From Octopus sinensis (lineage: Eukaryota): 64,000 nucleotides of DNA. Shown one piece after another: positions 39,650-53,200 of this stretch. Within the stretch, counting starts at the first letter, position 1. Every line of letters starts with the position of its first letter. Location of the stretch: assembly GCF_006345805.1 (NCBI RefSeq), contig NC_043008.1, positions 14,074,001 to 14,138,000 on the forward strand, given 5' to 3'. Both the position numbers and the translations under genes were made by a program. The notes below the pieces were generated by a model, which made no database searches, was not told where the DNA came from, and was given only the letters and a program-made list of their open reading frames with translations.

Positions 39650-40748
39650 AATTGCAGATACAACGCTAACAGAGGAAATGAAAAGACATGTGGTCATTCC
39701 TGTTATATAATAGCGGGAAACAGCAATTAAGAAATTGTCAACTTACAAAATCGTTTCTACACACAGTTCAATGGAAATTGGAAGCCTGCAAGGTGGAATA
39801 TTTCAAATGATTAAAGATGACAGAAGTACACTCTCTAAACGGTCGAACACTAAATGCATTCATGATACACACGGCGGATTCAAAACATTATCGACAATGA
39901 TACCGAAAAACCAATGTTGGTAATCGCCAAAGAACTTTGGTGTTAGAGCGGACTATAAGAACTGTGATGAATGAAGGCATTCGATAAAAGTCTTATGTAC
40001 TGACAAAGCAATTGGAAACACACACGAAAACCGTTTCACACGTGCCATGCAGTTACTTCATAAGGTTAAATCCTCCTCGTGAACGTGGCACGATTTGGTT
40101 CTTCTCTTACAAGAAAACCTGTGACGAAGACCAATAGCCTAACAGAAGTGACAGCTGGTTATGTGCAGACTCTTCAGATATTTTCACAGAAACACACGCT
40201 GCGTTTCTATCAACGGTGACAGTTTTAAGGGTAGCGATCAACGACGCTTATGTCATTCCGCTACACATCCTTCCACAAGGTCCTAGAATTAGTGATACTG
40301 GATACAATGATGGGCTAGTCATAATTGATAAAACCTGGATGGCTGTAGCATAGAGTTGAAGGTCATATGTGTTTCAACAAAATTTAGCACCTTTTCACAA
40401 AGACCACTTAACACAAGAATAGATGTTAGTCAATCTCCACGATCTTGTAACACCATTTCGGGTGTTGTTGAACGTGAGAATAATCAACATGCTCAGAATA
40501 CGGTAGCTTCACTGATGACGGCCATTTCCAAGGTGTTTCCCTACAAGTTTAATGATCATGTAGTGCAGGCATAACGATTTCGATCCCGCATTAAAGAAGT
40601 CACCGAAGCTGAAGCCAGAATCGTGGATTAATCTTCAAAGAAATATTATGGAGAACGTGTCCCCATATGTCTATTGAAATACATTTTGTTTTGCTAGATT
40701 AAGTTTGCTTTATTGAATTACCACATAAGTCTACAACCACCTCTCGTA
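39650..40748 (+). mobile_element. Degenerate DD37D/maT-like (Tc1/mariner superfamily) transposon
   Basis: Fragments EEMKRHVVI, IIDND...IAKEL, EGIR*KSYV, WFFS.KK, NRSDSWLCAD, YVFQQNLAPFHK, GVVERENNQH, RFRSRIKEV.EAE; ends cacctctcgta. Confidence 0.8.
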
Positions 40749-42227
40749 CGCTATACTTTAGTTTCATGTGTCCTTTTAAAGTTTGATTTTCATAAAACTG
40801 ATCATGATAATGAAATAAAATTAACGAATATCAAAAGGGTATTTGATGTCCACATAATCTTCGATAACTTCATTATTGAGAGGAAATCTTTGTTATGGAC
40901 ATTATACTTTTAACTTATATTAAATATTATGTCAATGAATACCTCATGAACATTATCTATTTGAATATATTTACGTTATGTTTAGTTTTAAGCTTTGTTC
41001 GTTTGATAAATCTCTCTCTCTCTCTGCTTCTTGTTTCTCTCCTTTTCTCTCTCTTCCTCTTGCTCTTTTATCTCTCTCTTTCTCACCCCTCCTTTCTCCG
41101 ATAGATGCAATGAAATTTAATAATAGTTCATCACTGAAACAATATAATCCATTCATATCAACACAACATTACCTTCATTCAATAATTTTTAAGAATATAT
41201 TTCTCAGTTGCTGCCCTACTTACACTGAAAGCTAATAACGACAATATTCAGTGTGCCATTGTTATGAATTACTGATAAATTCTCTTTGAGATAATAATCA
41301 AACCCTGCTTTAAATATATAAAAATAAATAATCTAAGAATCAGCATTGGGTTATTTAATTTTGGGATTAGACTCCTACTCCGATAGTACAACATTTTCCT
41401 TTTCACTTTCATCGTATCTTCAGCTACATATAATAGGTTTAAGAAAATGTCGTGACTAAGTACATGTTCGTTAAACAAATTTATACTGATATTCATTATT
41501 GAAGAAGGAACATCTCCAAAAGTTAATATGTTAGTATCTTGCCTTTCATGTTGCATGTTCTGAACGTGCTGCATTGTAAAGTCACACAATTTCATTTCTT
41601 AATTAAATGCTTGGTGTTATCTAAGGCAAATTCGCAGACATACAGCTATCGGAGTAATTGATACAATTTATACAATTTATACTACAAATTGAAAATGAAG
41701 ATAAGATATATTCGAATAGAATATAAAGCAAGATCATTCTTACAAATAACAATAATAATTACGCAATTTACTTATTGCTACTTACCCTGTCCTGATACTG
41801 TCTTTATCTCACTGTATCTACTCTAACTTATCTAAAATATATTTAATGACTTTTAATTATTGACTGATTCATTAAAAAGTTAACTAAATATCCAAATAAA
41901 ATTCTCCAGAAGGTAAGAGAGGAAATTATATTAATTGGTATTTAATATCCTGATACTTTTTTACTATTCTAGAATGCTTTAAAATTTCACTATACTCTAA
42001 TTAGTATTAACTAAAGCTAATTAGCTTTATTGTTATCATGCAAGTGTTCAGCGAGGTGTTTACATAGATAAACCACGTGATGTGATTTGAATGCAGCATC
42101 GCATATTTAACAAAACATGCAAGAACAGACATGCTAAAGGATATTTTAAATAATTTGTATTTGAATTATTAATAGATTATTTATTCATATTCGCATACTA
42201 AAAAAATATATTGATTGATTCCTAACC

Positions 42228-42455
42228 ATGCTTTTCATTTATTCTTTTACTTGGTTCAGTCATTTGACTGCGGCCAGGCTGGAGCACCGCCTTTAGTCGA
42301 ATCAAATCGACCCCAGGACTTATTATTTGTATGCCTAGTAGTTATTCTATCGATCTCTTTTGCCAAACCGCTAAGCTACGGGGACCTAAACACACCAGCA
42401 TCGGCTGTGAAGCGATTTTGGAGGGACAAACACAGAAACATAACAAATACACACA

Positions 42456-42515
<60 letters not shown>
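42228..42515 (-). mobile_element. SINE type A 3' half
   Basis: ttcagtcatttgactgcggcc...gagcaccgcctttagtcga. Confidence 0.88.
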
Positions 42516-42549
<34 letters not shown>

Positions 42550-45500
42550 AGAGATAAAGAGACAGACAGGCAGAGCAAACGAGAAAGGAGTAGAGTTTTC
42601 TAACATACAGGTAAGTATGGTTCGGAGAGAAGGTAGCAAGTTTGTGACCCAATGGTTGGAGCGATTGCATGAAAATTAATCGAATAAAGTTTATGTTGAT
42701 GCAGTCTTCGTTTTCTGTGTCTAACAGCAGCACACCATAGTGTGTCAGCAGTTAGTAGTGGTTGGTGGATGAAGCATTTCCTGATATTTAACAAATATAG
42801 AAAAAATGTATTTTGTGAGGTAGTGTCTACCATGTTAAAGTTCGGCCACTAGGAGAGATACTTAATTGCGGTGAGACCTCACATTTGTCTAATTGTGCTC
42901 TCGAAGAAGATAAGCATGACGAACCACTTTCTAGGTTTCTGCCCATAGACTCAATACATGTGTAGCGTATGGTGTCTAGATCCTTTGTGCAATGTTGGCA
43001 ACAGATACTTAGAAAAGAATGAAGCATATATAATCGTATGTTACCAGACGTTATTGGACTTTCTAGCAAGTAGCTAGTTGGTCCTTAAGTGAAAACGTTG
43101 GGACACAATACCAAAAGTATAGGTAGGTTTTGTTCAGTGGGAATGCAATAAGTTGGCGCCTCAATGTTGTGAGTTGATAAAATATAAACTTTTCAAAGAC
43201 ATTGTCCTGTTGTTTCGTTGTTTTGAAAGTTGAAATGCATACCCGGTCATGTGTTTTTGCTGATTTCGAATAATACCCGTTTGCAGCAAGCCAACTTCAG
43301 TAAGCGACGGTCCACTGCTACGTGTCCAGGGCCATAAGAGAGCCAAACTGATATAAACAAAGGAGAGGTTTTTTACGTTTTGAAGACTTTGTTTTTAATA
43401 GTTGTTTCCATTTCCGATGTTAGGAGTGCAATAGGATGTGAGTCGACAGGCTCGGAAGGGTGTCTCTCTTTGGAATTGGACAATGGCAATGTTTTTCATG
43501 GAATAGGGTATATAAATATAGAAAGAGTTACATTAGAATGCATGAAACGTATATTTGATAGTTCTGAGAAAGATCGTTGCGTATATATTCAGATTTATAT
43601 ACGACAATTTCTTTGAGTCTCTCTTCATGAACTACGAAGATTACAAGAACACATGAATATTGACGACAGCTTTATATCCAATATACAACAATGAAGGCCA
43701 AAGTTTGCTTGTTCGCAGGCGCAAGCATAATTGAATTTTCGTTATTTTCAAATCTAATAGCGCAGATATCTCGCTATTGATTTATGCTAATAGTTTTGCC
43801 CTCACAGCTTATTCTTTTCTGTTTTAGACCACCAAATTAAAAATTCAGTAACAAAATTTGAGCGATTTTATTGCATGAGTTCAAAAATGAAAGGTAACGC
43901 ATTGGGAAGAACTTGTAAAATCGAGAAATCATTTCACCAGACAAGACAAGCAAGAAACGGTGAACGCAACATTGGTTCCACGATATTCGTACAAGATACA
44001 AGAGATCAGAAGCTTGAAACTGAGAAGGGCCGAGAACAATCTTCTCGATTGACAGCAAGAAATTGCCACACTAGACATCACAAGAGATTGCATGGAGAAA
44101 CACTATACATTACTCATTCAAAAATAGCCTGAAATATTTTCATATTGGAAAGATTAAAAAAACCACAACAAATTAGTTCTCTTTTCTCTTGTTATGTATA
44201 CTGACATACCGATTGTATCCAGACAGGGACCTATCGGTTGATTGGCATTAAACAAACAGATGCATTTCAGGGACCTATTGGTTGATTGGCACTCCCTCAC
44301 AAACAGATGCACTTCAGTCTCTGATGTAGAGACGTGCGTCCTCCTCTCACACTTACGTCACTACTATAAAGGCCTCTGGTTATTGGACCCTCCCTTGATT
44401 TACTCGTCTCTGTACCTATCCGGTTGATTTATGTGTCCCAGTACTAAACACCGAATTCTAAGTCATGAATCCCGGTGAAGCAATCGTGGCAGAGATTTAT
44501 TGTCAGAGGAATGATAAAGGGGACAAAGAACAGCAACATATACATCAAAAGGCAAAAGATTATTTCTCCTTAATCGTTCTTGACCTCACGTGTTGCAAAT
44601 GATTGTAGAAATTACAGGAAATGGCTTAACACTCTATCTGGACCAGCTTGAAACTCAGGCTTCGTGATGTCTGACTAACATTTCTTCACTCACCACAATG
44701 TTATGCTACAACAGCTAAAAGATCTTTCGCAAACTCAAGTCTCTGGACTTCAGTATTCTAAGCAATTCGAATAAATAGACTTTTCCTCGGCAAATGTATT
44801 TAGATTCTAATGTTTTTTTTATTTTCAATGAAAATAATTTATTCCGAGCCGGAGCATAATGTGTACATTCAATGACTAAAGATGGGAAATTACATGCTGG
44901 ACCACGTTATCTTAGTTAAATATATGTTATAGTTAGTCTGCTGTCTCTTTGATCATCAGACATTTCGCTCAGGTCTGAAAGGGTAGAAGAACAACAACAA
45001 CAACCAGCAAAAATATTGACACAAAACACTGTCAACACCAAAACATGATAACTTTAAACGACAAAAGCCTTATTCAATTACTTACATTTATTCCGTCAGA
45101 TTGAATTTAATATAATGTATACCTTGCTTTTGTATAAGTATCTCATCGATAATTAACTGAAATAACATGTTTGATTCTCTTGTGAGTATTTTTTTTTACG
45201 ACAACAACTACAACTCGTACTGCATTTTCATTCTGCAGTCGACTTTTGGGGTCGGGTGACATGGTGGGGTGATACGATATAATATTGTTACTTTAGTGGT
45301 TGTTCTTGATAAAGTAGTTCGCTTTCTGTTTTGTTGTTTATCCTCTGGTCGTTGTTTTCTGAACTATGGCCAACGATATCTAAGCTGCGATATCGGATTG
45401 TATTACACAGTAATATGTGTTACAACATACAGTGTCAGCTTCTTTAAGAGAATAGGATATGAGTTGATGGAGATTTGTTTGCCATTTACATAAATTCGGA

Positions 45501-45660
45501 CGACCTTTGATAGTTGTTGTAATAAACCATTCCCAACAGCACGGAGAATAACAGAGATGGAGAACAATATTCCCATACAGAATACTAATGAGACGAGACA
45601 CACGAAATGAATGCTCCTATTGTAGACTATGCTAAACATAATATATCGCTCCCCAATGTA

Positions 45661-46345
45661 TCAGGTCATTAAGAAAGAATTGTCCGATTTTCTTACGAAC
45701 CTAGTTTGAGAGCCGTAAACTCTAATGCTTTATCCGGAAAATGTTTTACAATATTGAAGAATTACATCGTTCCATTTCGAAATTCAATTCATGGTGCATG
45801 ATTATATTGTGAGTTCTCTCTTGTAAATCAATGTTTGTGAGCCCATGGATAGATGAAAAAATTGTGCCGTTTATGAATATGAGTGCCGTCGTGGAACCAA
45901 TGCATCTCAGACAGCTCGAAACATCGATCAGGTGGTTGGTAAAGAAGTAGCGAATGAGTCCGCTGTACGTCAATGGTTTGAGACGTTCCGATCTGGGGAG
46001 CTTACTCTTGAAAATCATTCCCGTGTTAGACCCAAGAGCAAGGTGAATAATGACGAGCTAGAAACAGTAGTGGAAACGGATACACCTCAATCTACGCGTG
46101 ATTTAGCAGCAAGATATGATGTTTCGATCCCAAATGTATTGGATCATCTGACGCAATTCGGTAAGGTAAAGAAGCTAAACAAATTGGTACCACACGAACT
46201 GAACAAGAATGAAATGAAAAGTCGTCTTGAAACCTGCTGTTCTTCGAAGTCACGGTATAAAAGCGAACCATTTGTGCACCGTATTGTTAAGTGTGATGAA
46301 AGATGAAATCTTTTCAACAATAGCAAGTGTTCTTCACATTTTCGT
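45661..46345 (+). mobile_element. Mariner transposon 5' remnant (HTH, VPHEL motif, first catalytic D)
   Basis: ORF 45932-46306: VRQWFETFRSGELTLE...LVPHELN...FVHRIVKCDE; putative left TIR tcaggtcattaagaaagaattgtccg after TA. Confidence 0.85.
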
Positions 46346-46553
46346 GTTAGATGCATGGATGTCGTGTCAGATGCATTGCCGTGTCAGATGCATGGATGAC
46401 TTATTATTCAATTATACAATCCAGAAACAGGAATGGTCATAGTAAGATTTGAGCACATGACCATCTGTCTTTAATCCAACAACTCATTATCAGAAGCGTG
46501 GTGCATTTTGTATCATCCATTACACTTGAAATGACCCAACATATATATCTCAG

Positions 46554-46860
46554 GTGAAGGCGCGTGGCTTAGTGGTTAGGGGCATTCGGCTCATGATCGT
46601 AAGGTCGTGAGTTCAGTTCCCGGTGGCGCTTTGTGTCCTTGAGCAAGACACTTTATTTCACGTTGCTCCAGTCCACCCAGCTGGCAAAAATGAGTAGTAC
46701 TTGTATTTCAAAGGGCAAGCTTTGTCACATTGTGTCACGCTGAATCTCCCCGAGAACTGCGTTAAGGGTACACATGTCTGTGGAGTGCTCAGCCACTTGC
46801 ACGTTAATTTCACGAGCAAGCTGTTCCATTGATCGCAACCGACGGAGTGCTCTTGTTGTA
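46554..46860 (+). mobile_element. SINE type C, full length, tail variant 3
   Basis: gtgaaggcgcgtggcttagtggttag (A box), gagttcagttccc (B box), tgtccttgagcaagacactttatttcacgttgctccag. Confidence 0.9.
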
Positions 46861-47377
46861 TATATCTCAGACCATCTCAGTCAACTTCATTAAATATCAT
46901 TTTCCTTATCATTTTCTATAAGTGTATTTGGAAATAAATATTTGTCTATAAATGCATTGTACTAACCGGATGAAAATGTTTGTGAACAAAAATAAATATT
47001 ATTAATAAACAAAATTTAATTTTCCACTTGATATATCAGGGGATTCGATATTAAAGCTAAACAGTTAACCTATTGTCACTTTTTTTGTCCATGCACCGAA
47101 CTGATCATATTATTTTAAATAAAATCATTTATGAATCAATTCTTCCTGGTTGAAGACTGCTACCAACAGAAAAACCTTCATCTTCTTAATCAGAACATTC
47201 ATCTTACTAAATATTATACAATACACTGGCACATGGTGTTAACACTCGGAATTATTGATCAGCGAATGAAACAAGTATCAATATGTAAATTTTGTTGGTT
47301 TTGAGGAAAGATTACTTTACTAACTGTTGTTGCTGTTGTTCAACTTATTATTATTATTTTTATTATTATTATTATTG

Positions 47378-47699
47378 AGTGAGAGAGCAGTGCATGCCAT
47401 CAAAGTGTCATTGGGGTGAAATATACGAAGCGCAGTATACTCATCATGACCACTCGTCTGATACGGGTGCACTAGGCACATGCATCACAACCATATGTGC
47501 ATCCCACGCAAAAGGTTTCTGAATAAGGGTTGTTTAAGGATGTTGAACGAAACACTCATGTTTCCAAGGGTGAATCATTCAAACCCCAAAGAATCCCTCT
47601 CAACACATGGCTACGATGCTCCCCCACTAATTCTGCTCGTGATCAGAGATGCACATATAGTCAGCCACTAAGGGACACGCTCAACTGGTTATGGTCATA

Positions 47700-47700
<1 letters not shown>
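47378..47700 (-). mobile_element. Interspersed repeat with (AAT)n tail, probably a LINE 3' UTR fragment
   Basis: GC-richer unique block ending ...gcactgctctctcactcaataataat on the minus strand; family not established from the sequence alone. Confidence 0.35.
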
Positions 47701-47742
<42 letters not shown>

Positions 47743-47982
47743 GTTTTCATTTATCTTTTCTTAATTTTTTCGCTCTTTTTCTGTCTTCTTTTCGACAGTT
47801 ATAAGGTTGAAACTTAAAGATTAATTCTATCAACATTGTAAATAGCTTGTAAATAGATGGAATGAAGTCATAGATAATCAGCGGGGAACGTACATTTATA
47901 TTTAAATTTCAATTAGATATATCATTTGATCACTTGCTTTCTTTATTCAAAATTCGGACAGAACTTATGGGATGACCTGTTA

Positions 47983-48165
47983 CTTAGCGGTATTTCGTCT
48001 GCGGCTACATTCTGATTTCAAATTCCACCGATGTCGACTTTACCTTTCATCATTTCGGGGTCGATAAATTAAGTACCAATTACGCATTGAGGTCGATGTA
48101 ATCGACAAGCCCCCTCTCCCACAATTTCAGTCCTTGTGGCTATATTAGAAAGGATTATTATTATT
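47983..48165 (+). mobile_element. SINE type B, 5'-truncated
   Basis: cttagcggtatttcgtctg...gtcgactttacctttcatc. Confidence 0.85.
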
Positions 48166-48181
48166 ATTAAAAGTAAGAGTT

Positions 48182-48395
48182 GAAGGCGGCGAGCTGGCAG
48201 AATCGTTACCGGGCCGGGTAAGTTGTTCATTAGCATTTCATCCATTAGTTCTGAGTTCAAAATTTGCTAAGGTCGACTTTGCCTTCCATCCTTTTGCGGT
48301 CGATAAAATAGATACCTTTTCAGAACTGAGGTCGATGTAATCGACTTACCCCTACCCCAAACCTATTGGCTTTGTGTCGAAATTTGAAACCATTA
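48182..48395 (+). mobile_element. SINE type B, divergent
   Basis: gaaggcggcgagctggcagaatcgtt...gtcgactttgccttccatcc. Confidence 0.85.
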
Positions 48396-49019
48396 TTAGA
48401 AGTAGCAGTAGTTGTTGTTGTATGATGATATAGTTGAAGTGCTTATTTAAATATTTTATGTTCTTCATTGTCATTAATTTTGTTTTTGTCATACTTGGTA
48501 CTTCTTTTGCAATTGTTATCATTATGTTTGTAAAACTATATGGTTGTTGTAGTAATATTAGATAAAGCATGTTATGCTCCACTGAGCGATAAGATCACCT
48601 TTAGATTAACCAAATGAAACAGAATAAACTTCCTCATGTTTACGTCCTCGTGAAGTATACTGTGTAATAGTTATGTTTACTTCACTGTCTGAGATTTGAT
48701 TACCTGCAAGGCTTTAAGCAATATTAGCACAAGGCGGTCCATTACGCAGTAACGCATGCAGTGAATGATCTGGCTTAACCAATTGATGCTTGAGTCTCAA
48801 TCTTCATCATCTCTCCACATTAGCTACCTCCGTGTCAACAACCAAGAAACAAGAGCCAAAATTCTCCCAAAACGTATATTACCTTCTTAAAGAACAGTTA
48901 CCATAGATATTTTATTTGAATATTTAAATAGAATACGAATCATTCATACTTGAAATACAGGATTACAGAACAGTTCTTTTAAGTAACTTATGGCTAAATA
49001 ACATTCACATTTACAATAT

Positions 49020-49490
49020 CAATGTGGCTGTGTGGTACGTAGCGTGTTTACGAACCACATGGTCCCGGGTTCAGGTCCACTGCGTTGCACCTTGTGCAAG
49101 TGTCTTCTACTATATCTTCGGGCAGACAAAATCCTTGTGAGTGGATTTGGGGTAGACGGAAACTGAAAGAAGCCCGTCGTATATATGTATATGTATATAT
49201 ATATGTATGCGTGTGTATATGTTTGTGTGTGTGTGTGTGTTTGTCCCTCCAACATCGCTTGACAACCGATGCTGGTGTGTTTACGTCCCCGTAAATTAGC
49301 GGTTCGGCAAAAGCGACTGATAGAATAAGTACCTCAGCTCGATTTGGTCGATTTGCTCGACTAAAAAAGCGGTTCGGTAAAAGAGACCGATAGAAAAAGT
49401 CCAGGAGTCGATTTGTTCGAGAAAAGAAAGCGGTGCTCCAGCATGGCCACAGTCAAATTACTGAAACATGTAAAAAAAGTAAAAGAGCAT
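49020..49490 (+). mobile_element. SINE type A with internal duplication
   Basis: Full head and tail; the agcggttcgg...gtcgattt block occurs twice (49298-49428). Confidence 0.88.
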
Positions 49491-50031
49491 TTCTATAATC
49501 TCCGAGAATTGCATTGGTATCCAGTGGAGGATAAAATGGAAATGAAACCAGAGTTGCTACTTAAGTCTGTCCATTGAGATTTACATTATTACTATCAACA
49601 GTTTTATTATCTTTATCATAATGTTCACCAACATTTGTCTAATAATTATCCTTGCATTATAATCATAACCTTTATGTCTTCCATTTTATTGAATTCAGTT
49701 ATGCTTTTTCCAAACTTTAGTTGCATGTCAATGGCTGCCAAGTTTTACCTAATAAACGATGCAAATGAATTCTCGTTTGAAGGGACGAGGCTTGACTCTT
49801 TCCCCACAGCAAACGGATGGAATTGTGATGAACAGTAGAAGCTGAGAAAGAATTCATTAATTGAGCATGCAACAATACTAACAACACTTAAATTATTAGA
49901 ACCAAATGCCCCGACGATAAACAGAATATAAGGGTAGTTAAAACATGTAGACTGCCACCCCTGACGTGGACTTCCATGTACTCTATCCACTCAATCATAT
50001 GATATACACTTAGTAGTGCTTATATTGCTAC

Positions 50032-50262
50032 AGGCATGGCTGTGTGGTAAGAAGTTTTCTTCTCAACGGCAGACTCGAAGCTAGACTCGAACATCTGCCT
50101 TTTATTATAGTTCCTAACCGATGGAAAGCTCGTGTGGAGATTTGGTTTATGGAAACTGACAGAAGGAAACCATATATATGTAACTCTGCTAGTGTGCGCG
50201 GGGGATTTTTTATCTTCTACTGCTTGACAACCATTGTTGGTTTGGTTACATCCCCCTAACTA
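50032..50262 (+). mobile_element. Degenerate SINE type A
   Basis: caggcatggctgtgtggtaag head; gatttggtttatggaaactga; tgcttgacaacc. Confidence 0.6.
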
Positions 50263-50324
50263 ATCAATTTCTGACTTCATGAATTTCCAGCTGACTTTGG
50301 AATTCATCCTTCTGAGTTTTACGT

Positions 50325-50739
50325 TCATCCAAGTTTTCCGCTCAATTCAGACTGTTATATGAATCTATTGGAGACTGCACCGAAGTCATGGATGGAGAGG
50401 ATTGATGCTGGAAGGGCATATGTGTAGCAGTAGGGTTCAGTTCCTTGTCATATTTTCGGCATGAGACAAAGGATGGTGTCACAAAAATGTCCATGACAAT
50501 CCCAGCTCCAATTACTGGTCTGCTAATTACACCGATCAGGACTCCATAGATTACTATATGTAGGGCTCAGTTCAGGAGGATATCAGCCACTCTGTCGGCA
50601 ACGCAAAAGAATATAGATTGTGTCCAAGACCAAAGAATTGTTTGAAGATCTTCCCTGGGACAAAATAGAGAAAGCATGCGTCAGGCTTCTAAGCCATCTT
50701 GGGGCTGTGGTTGAAGCTGAGGTCAGCTCCTTTGAGTAA
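50325..50739 (+). pseudogene. DD37D/maT-like transposase C-terminal remnant (second lineage)
   Basis: LNSDCYMNLLET..KSWMERIDAGRAYV*Q*GSVPCH...IDYYM*G.V...KELFEDLP..IEKACVR..LGAVVEAE..FE*; spacing between second and third catalytic positions about 37 residues. Confidence 0.8.
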
Positions 50740-51098
50740 CTATTTTCTCCCAGTCATAATCATGTTGATTGTGTTTTTTTTTTTTTTTTTAAATCCTTTT
50801 ATTTTGGGGTGGGTGATTCTGTTTCTTTTTCTGCAAACTAGCAAAGTTTTTGTTGCATGTGTGCGTCTTCTTGTGTATATAATCATGTATATATGCATGT
50901 ATGCATATAAACACATACGACACCTATTACATATATAGAAAAGTACATATGCACCATGAAGTCCATAAGCATTGACAGATAGATTATTGTATATATCAAC
51001 ATATCTATATATTATGTTGATATTATATATATATACTCATATATATTTAAATAAATATGTATATATATACTTATATATGAAAGTGTATATATATATAA

Positions 51099-51149
<51 letters not shown>

Positions 51150-51362
51150 GTATATAATATATATATATATATATAGCAATCTTCTTGCAACATTGAAACA
51201 TCAAAACTCTACCTAGTGGGACGAAATAGCACTGCAAATATTTGTATTTAGATATGCGTAAAACTATGAGAAGCTGTCATATGTGAAAACAATGTTTCTG
51301 ATAATGGTTTACAAAGAGTAAAATATCATTTGATGAAATTTATGTCTCACTCTCCCCAATGC

Positions 51363-51410
<48 letters not shown>

Positions 51411-51719
51411 TTGTGTGTGTATGTGCGAATGAAAAAAATTATACTCTATATATTTATCTATGCATTCATATCTATCATTATCTGTCTTTCTTTATTTACA
51501 TAGATAGATACACACATGGCATACACACACACATACACACGCACAAGCATATGTCATATACACATACACACATATATATATAATATACATAACTCTTGTG
51601 GGTATACATATATATATATAATATATATATATATTTATTATATAGAAGGAGCTTCTACAGACTAGAACTGTTTCATTCAAGAGAAATCTTCGAATCAACC
51701 CGGGACCTATATATATATA

Positions 51720-51768
<49 letters not shown>

Positions 51769-52519
51769 TATATGTGTATGTATGTGTAAGATTTGGACAT
51801 GCAAGCGTAATGTGAGTGTGAGTAAATGGGCTTAATATACGATATTTTTAGTAAACATTTATTTAGTGTCTGTGAAAATATAACCTGGGATTAAGTGTTT
51901 ATTAAACATATATATATATTACATCCATATCAAATTTATTGAAACAGCTTCTTTGTTCAAGGTTATACACACATGCATATTTGCGATTGTGTGTAGGTGT
52001 GTTTGTAACTGACTATGTGTTTGTGTATGTGTGAATACATGCATACATACATATATAATATATGTCTACCTGCTGAAAATAACAGTCAAAACTCTTAATT
52101 CACCAAAATAGTCAATGGTATTTTCGCAAGTTATTTTTTGTGAGATTATTTATTCCGTATATACATATATCTGTTTGTGTGTGTGTGTATGTGTTTGCAT
52201 ATGTATGTATGTATGTAAGTATGTATGTATGTATGTATGTATGTATGTATGTTTGTATGTGTGTATGTATGTGTGTATGTTTGTATGTATGTATGTATGT
52301 AGGTATGTAAATATACACGCTGACTTATTTGTGTTGATGAATAACTGAGGTAGACGCAGAGCTCTACATATATGTACGATGGGTTTTGTTTTTTCTTTTG
52401 TTTTTGGGGGATTTTTTGTTCTATTCTGATCTAATCCATCTATTATTTTTTAATTGTGCCTTTTTATCCGTGTATTCCATTTTTTTAGTTGATTTCATTC
52501 TTTTATTCCCTATTTCTCA

Positions 52520-53200
52520 CTAGCGCCAGGAAATTTTCCGCAGCCCACCGTGAGAAATAAACTCACTCCAATTACAATTTTATTCAACTTTACATATCAT
52601 CGAGGATACCAAACTATTTTAGAAAGGTTGTGTCAAAACCTTTCAACTTATGGATGCAAGGAATATAATAATTACAACCACTTCCATATATATAAGAATT
52701 TCGTCAAATGGATATCTGCCAATCATTCCAAGAAGCGCAAATTAAATTCAACAAGCCAAAATATTAATAAAATTGCTCAGAGGATAGTCAAGTCATTGAA
52801 TTTATGTGAAATCTAATTACAATTGATTACAACTGCAGTTAATTACAATTTTATTCAAAATATTTTTCTCTCGGATTAACACACTTATTGCAGCAGTTCT
52901 TCAGTTTTTACTAAACCCTGTAAAAGAACTTGTAATGTTGGGCCTACAATCGGACTCCTTGGGATCCCCTTAAAATCAGGAAGTTTGCAGCACCTCTTCG
53001 CATATTAGAAAAAAATTTCCCTCTTTTTCAGTCTATTGTGGAGACAGATCGAACGCTACACCAACTAAAATTAGGTACATTTTGAAAAGTCACCCGAAGA
53101 GACCCATCTGCTCTAATAATGCGTAGCAATTAATTGTACAGCATCTCTCCTGTAAGATACGAGTGAATATTAATTTAAAACGATCGCAGTCGTTCTTGAT
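52520..53200 (-). mobile_element. Mariner 3' remnant interrupted by an insertion
   Basis: KLKNCCNKCVNPREKYFE* resembles the mariner C-terminus (W.KC....G.Y.E*); the 3' UTR-like segment continues at 52520-52587. Confidence 0.55.
52587..52818 (+). repeat. 232-bp inverted duplicate of 54388-54619
   Basis: Roughly 90% identical by eye; bracketed by 18-bp direct repeats 52570-52587 and 52841-52858. Confidence 0.85.

Noticed and set aside
42602-42616. Consensus donor CAG|GTAAGT
   Set aside because: The upstream sequence is (GA)n microsatellite with no acceptor or coding signal.
43830-44132. ORF 43875-44132 and a possible exon at 43830-43895
   Set aside because: No recognisable domain, competing frames contain stops, and splice support is ambiguous.
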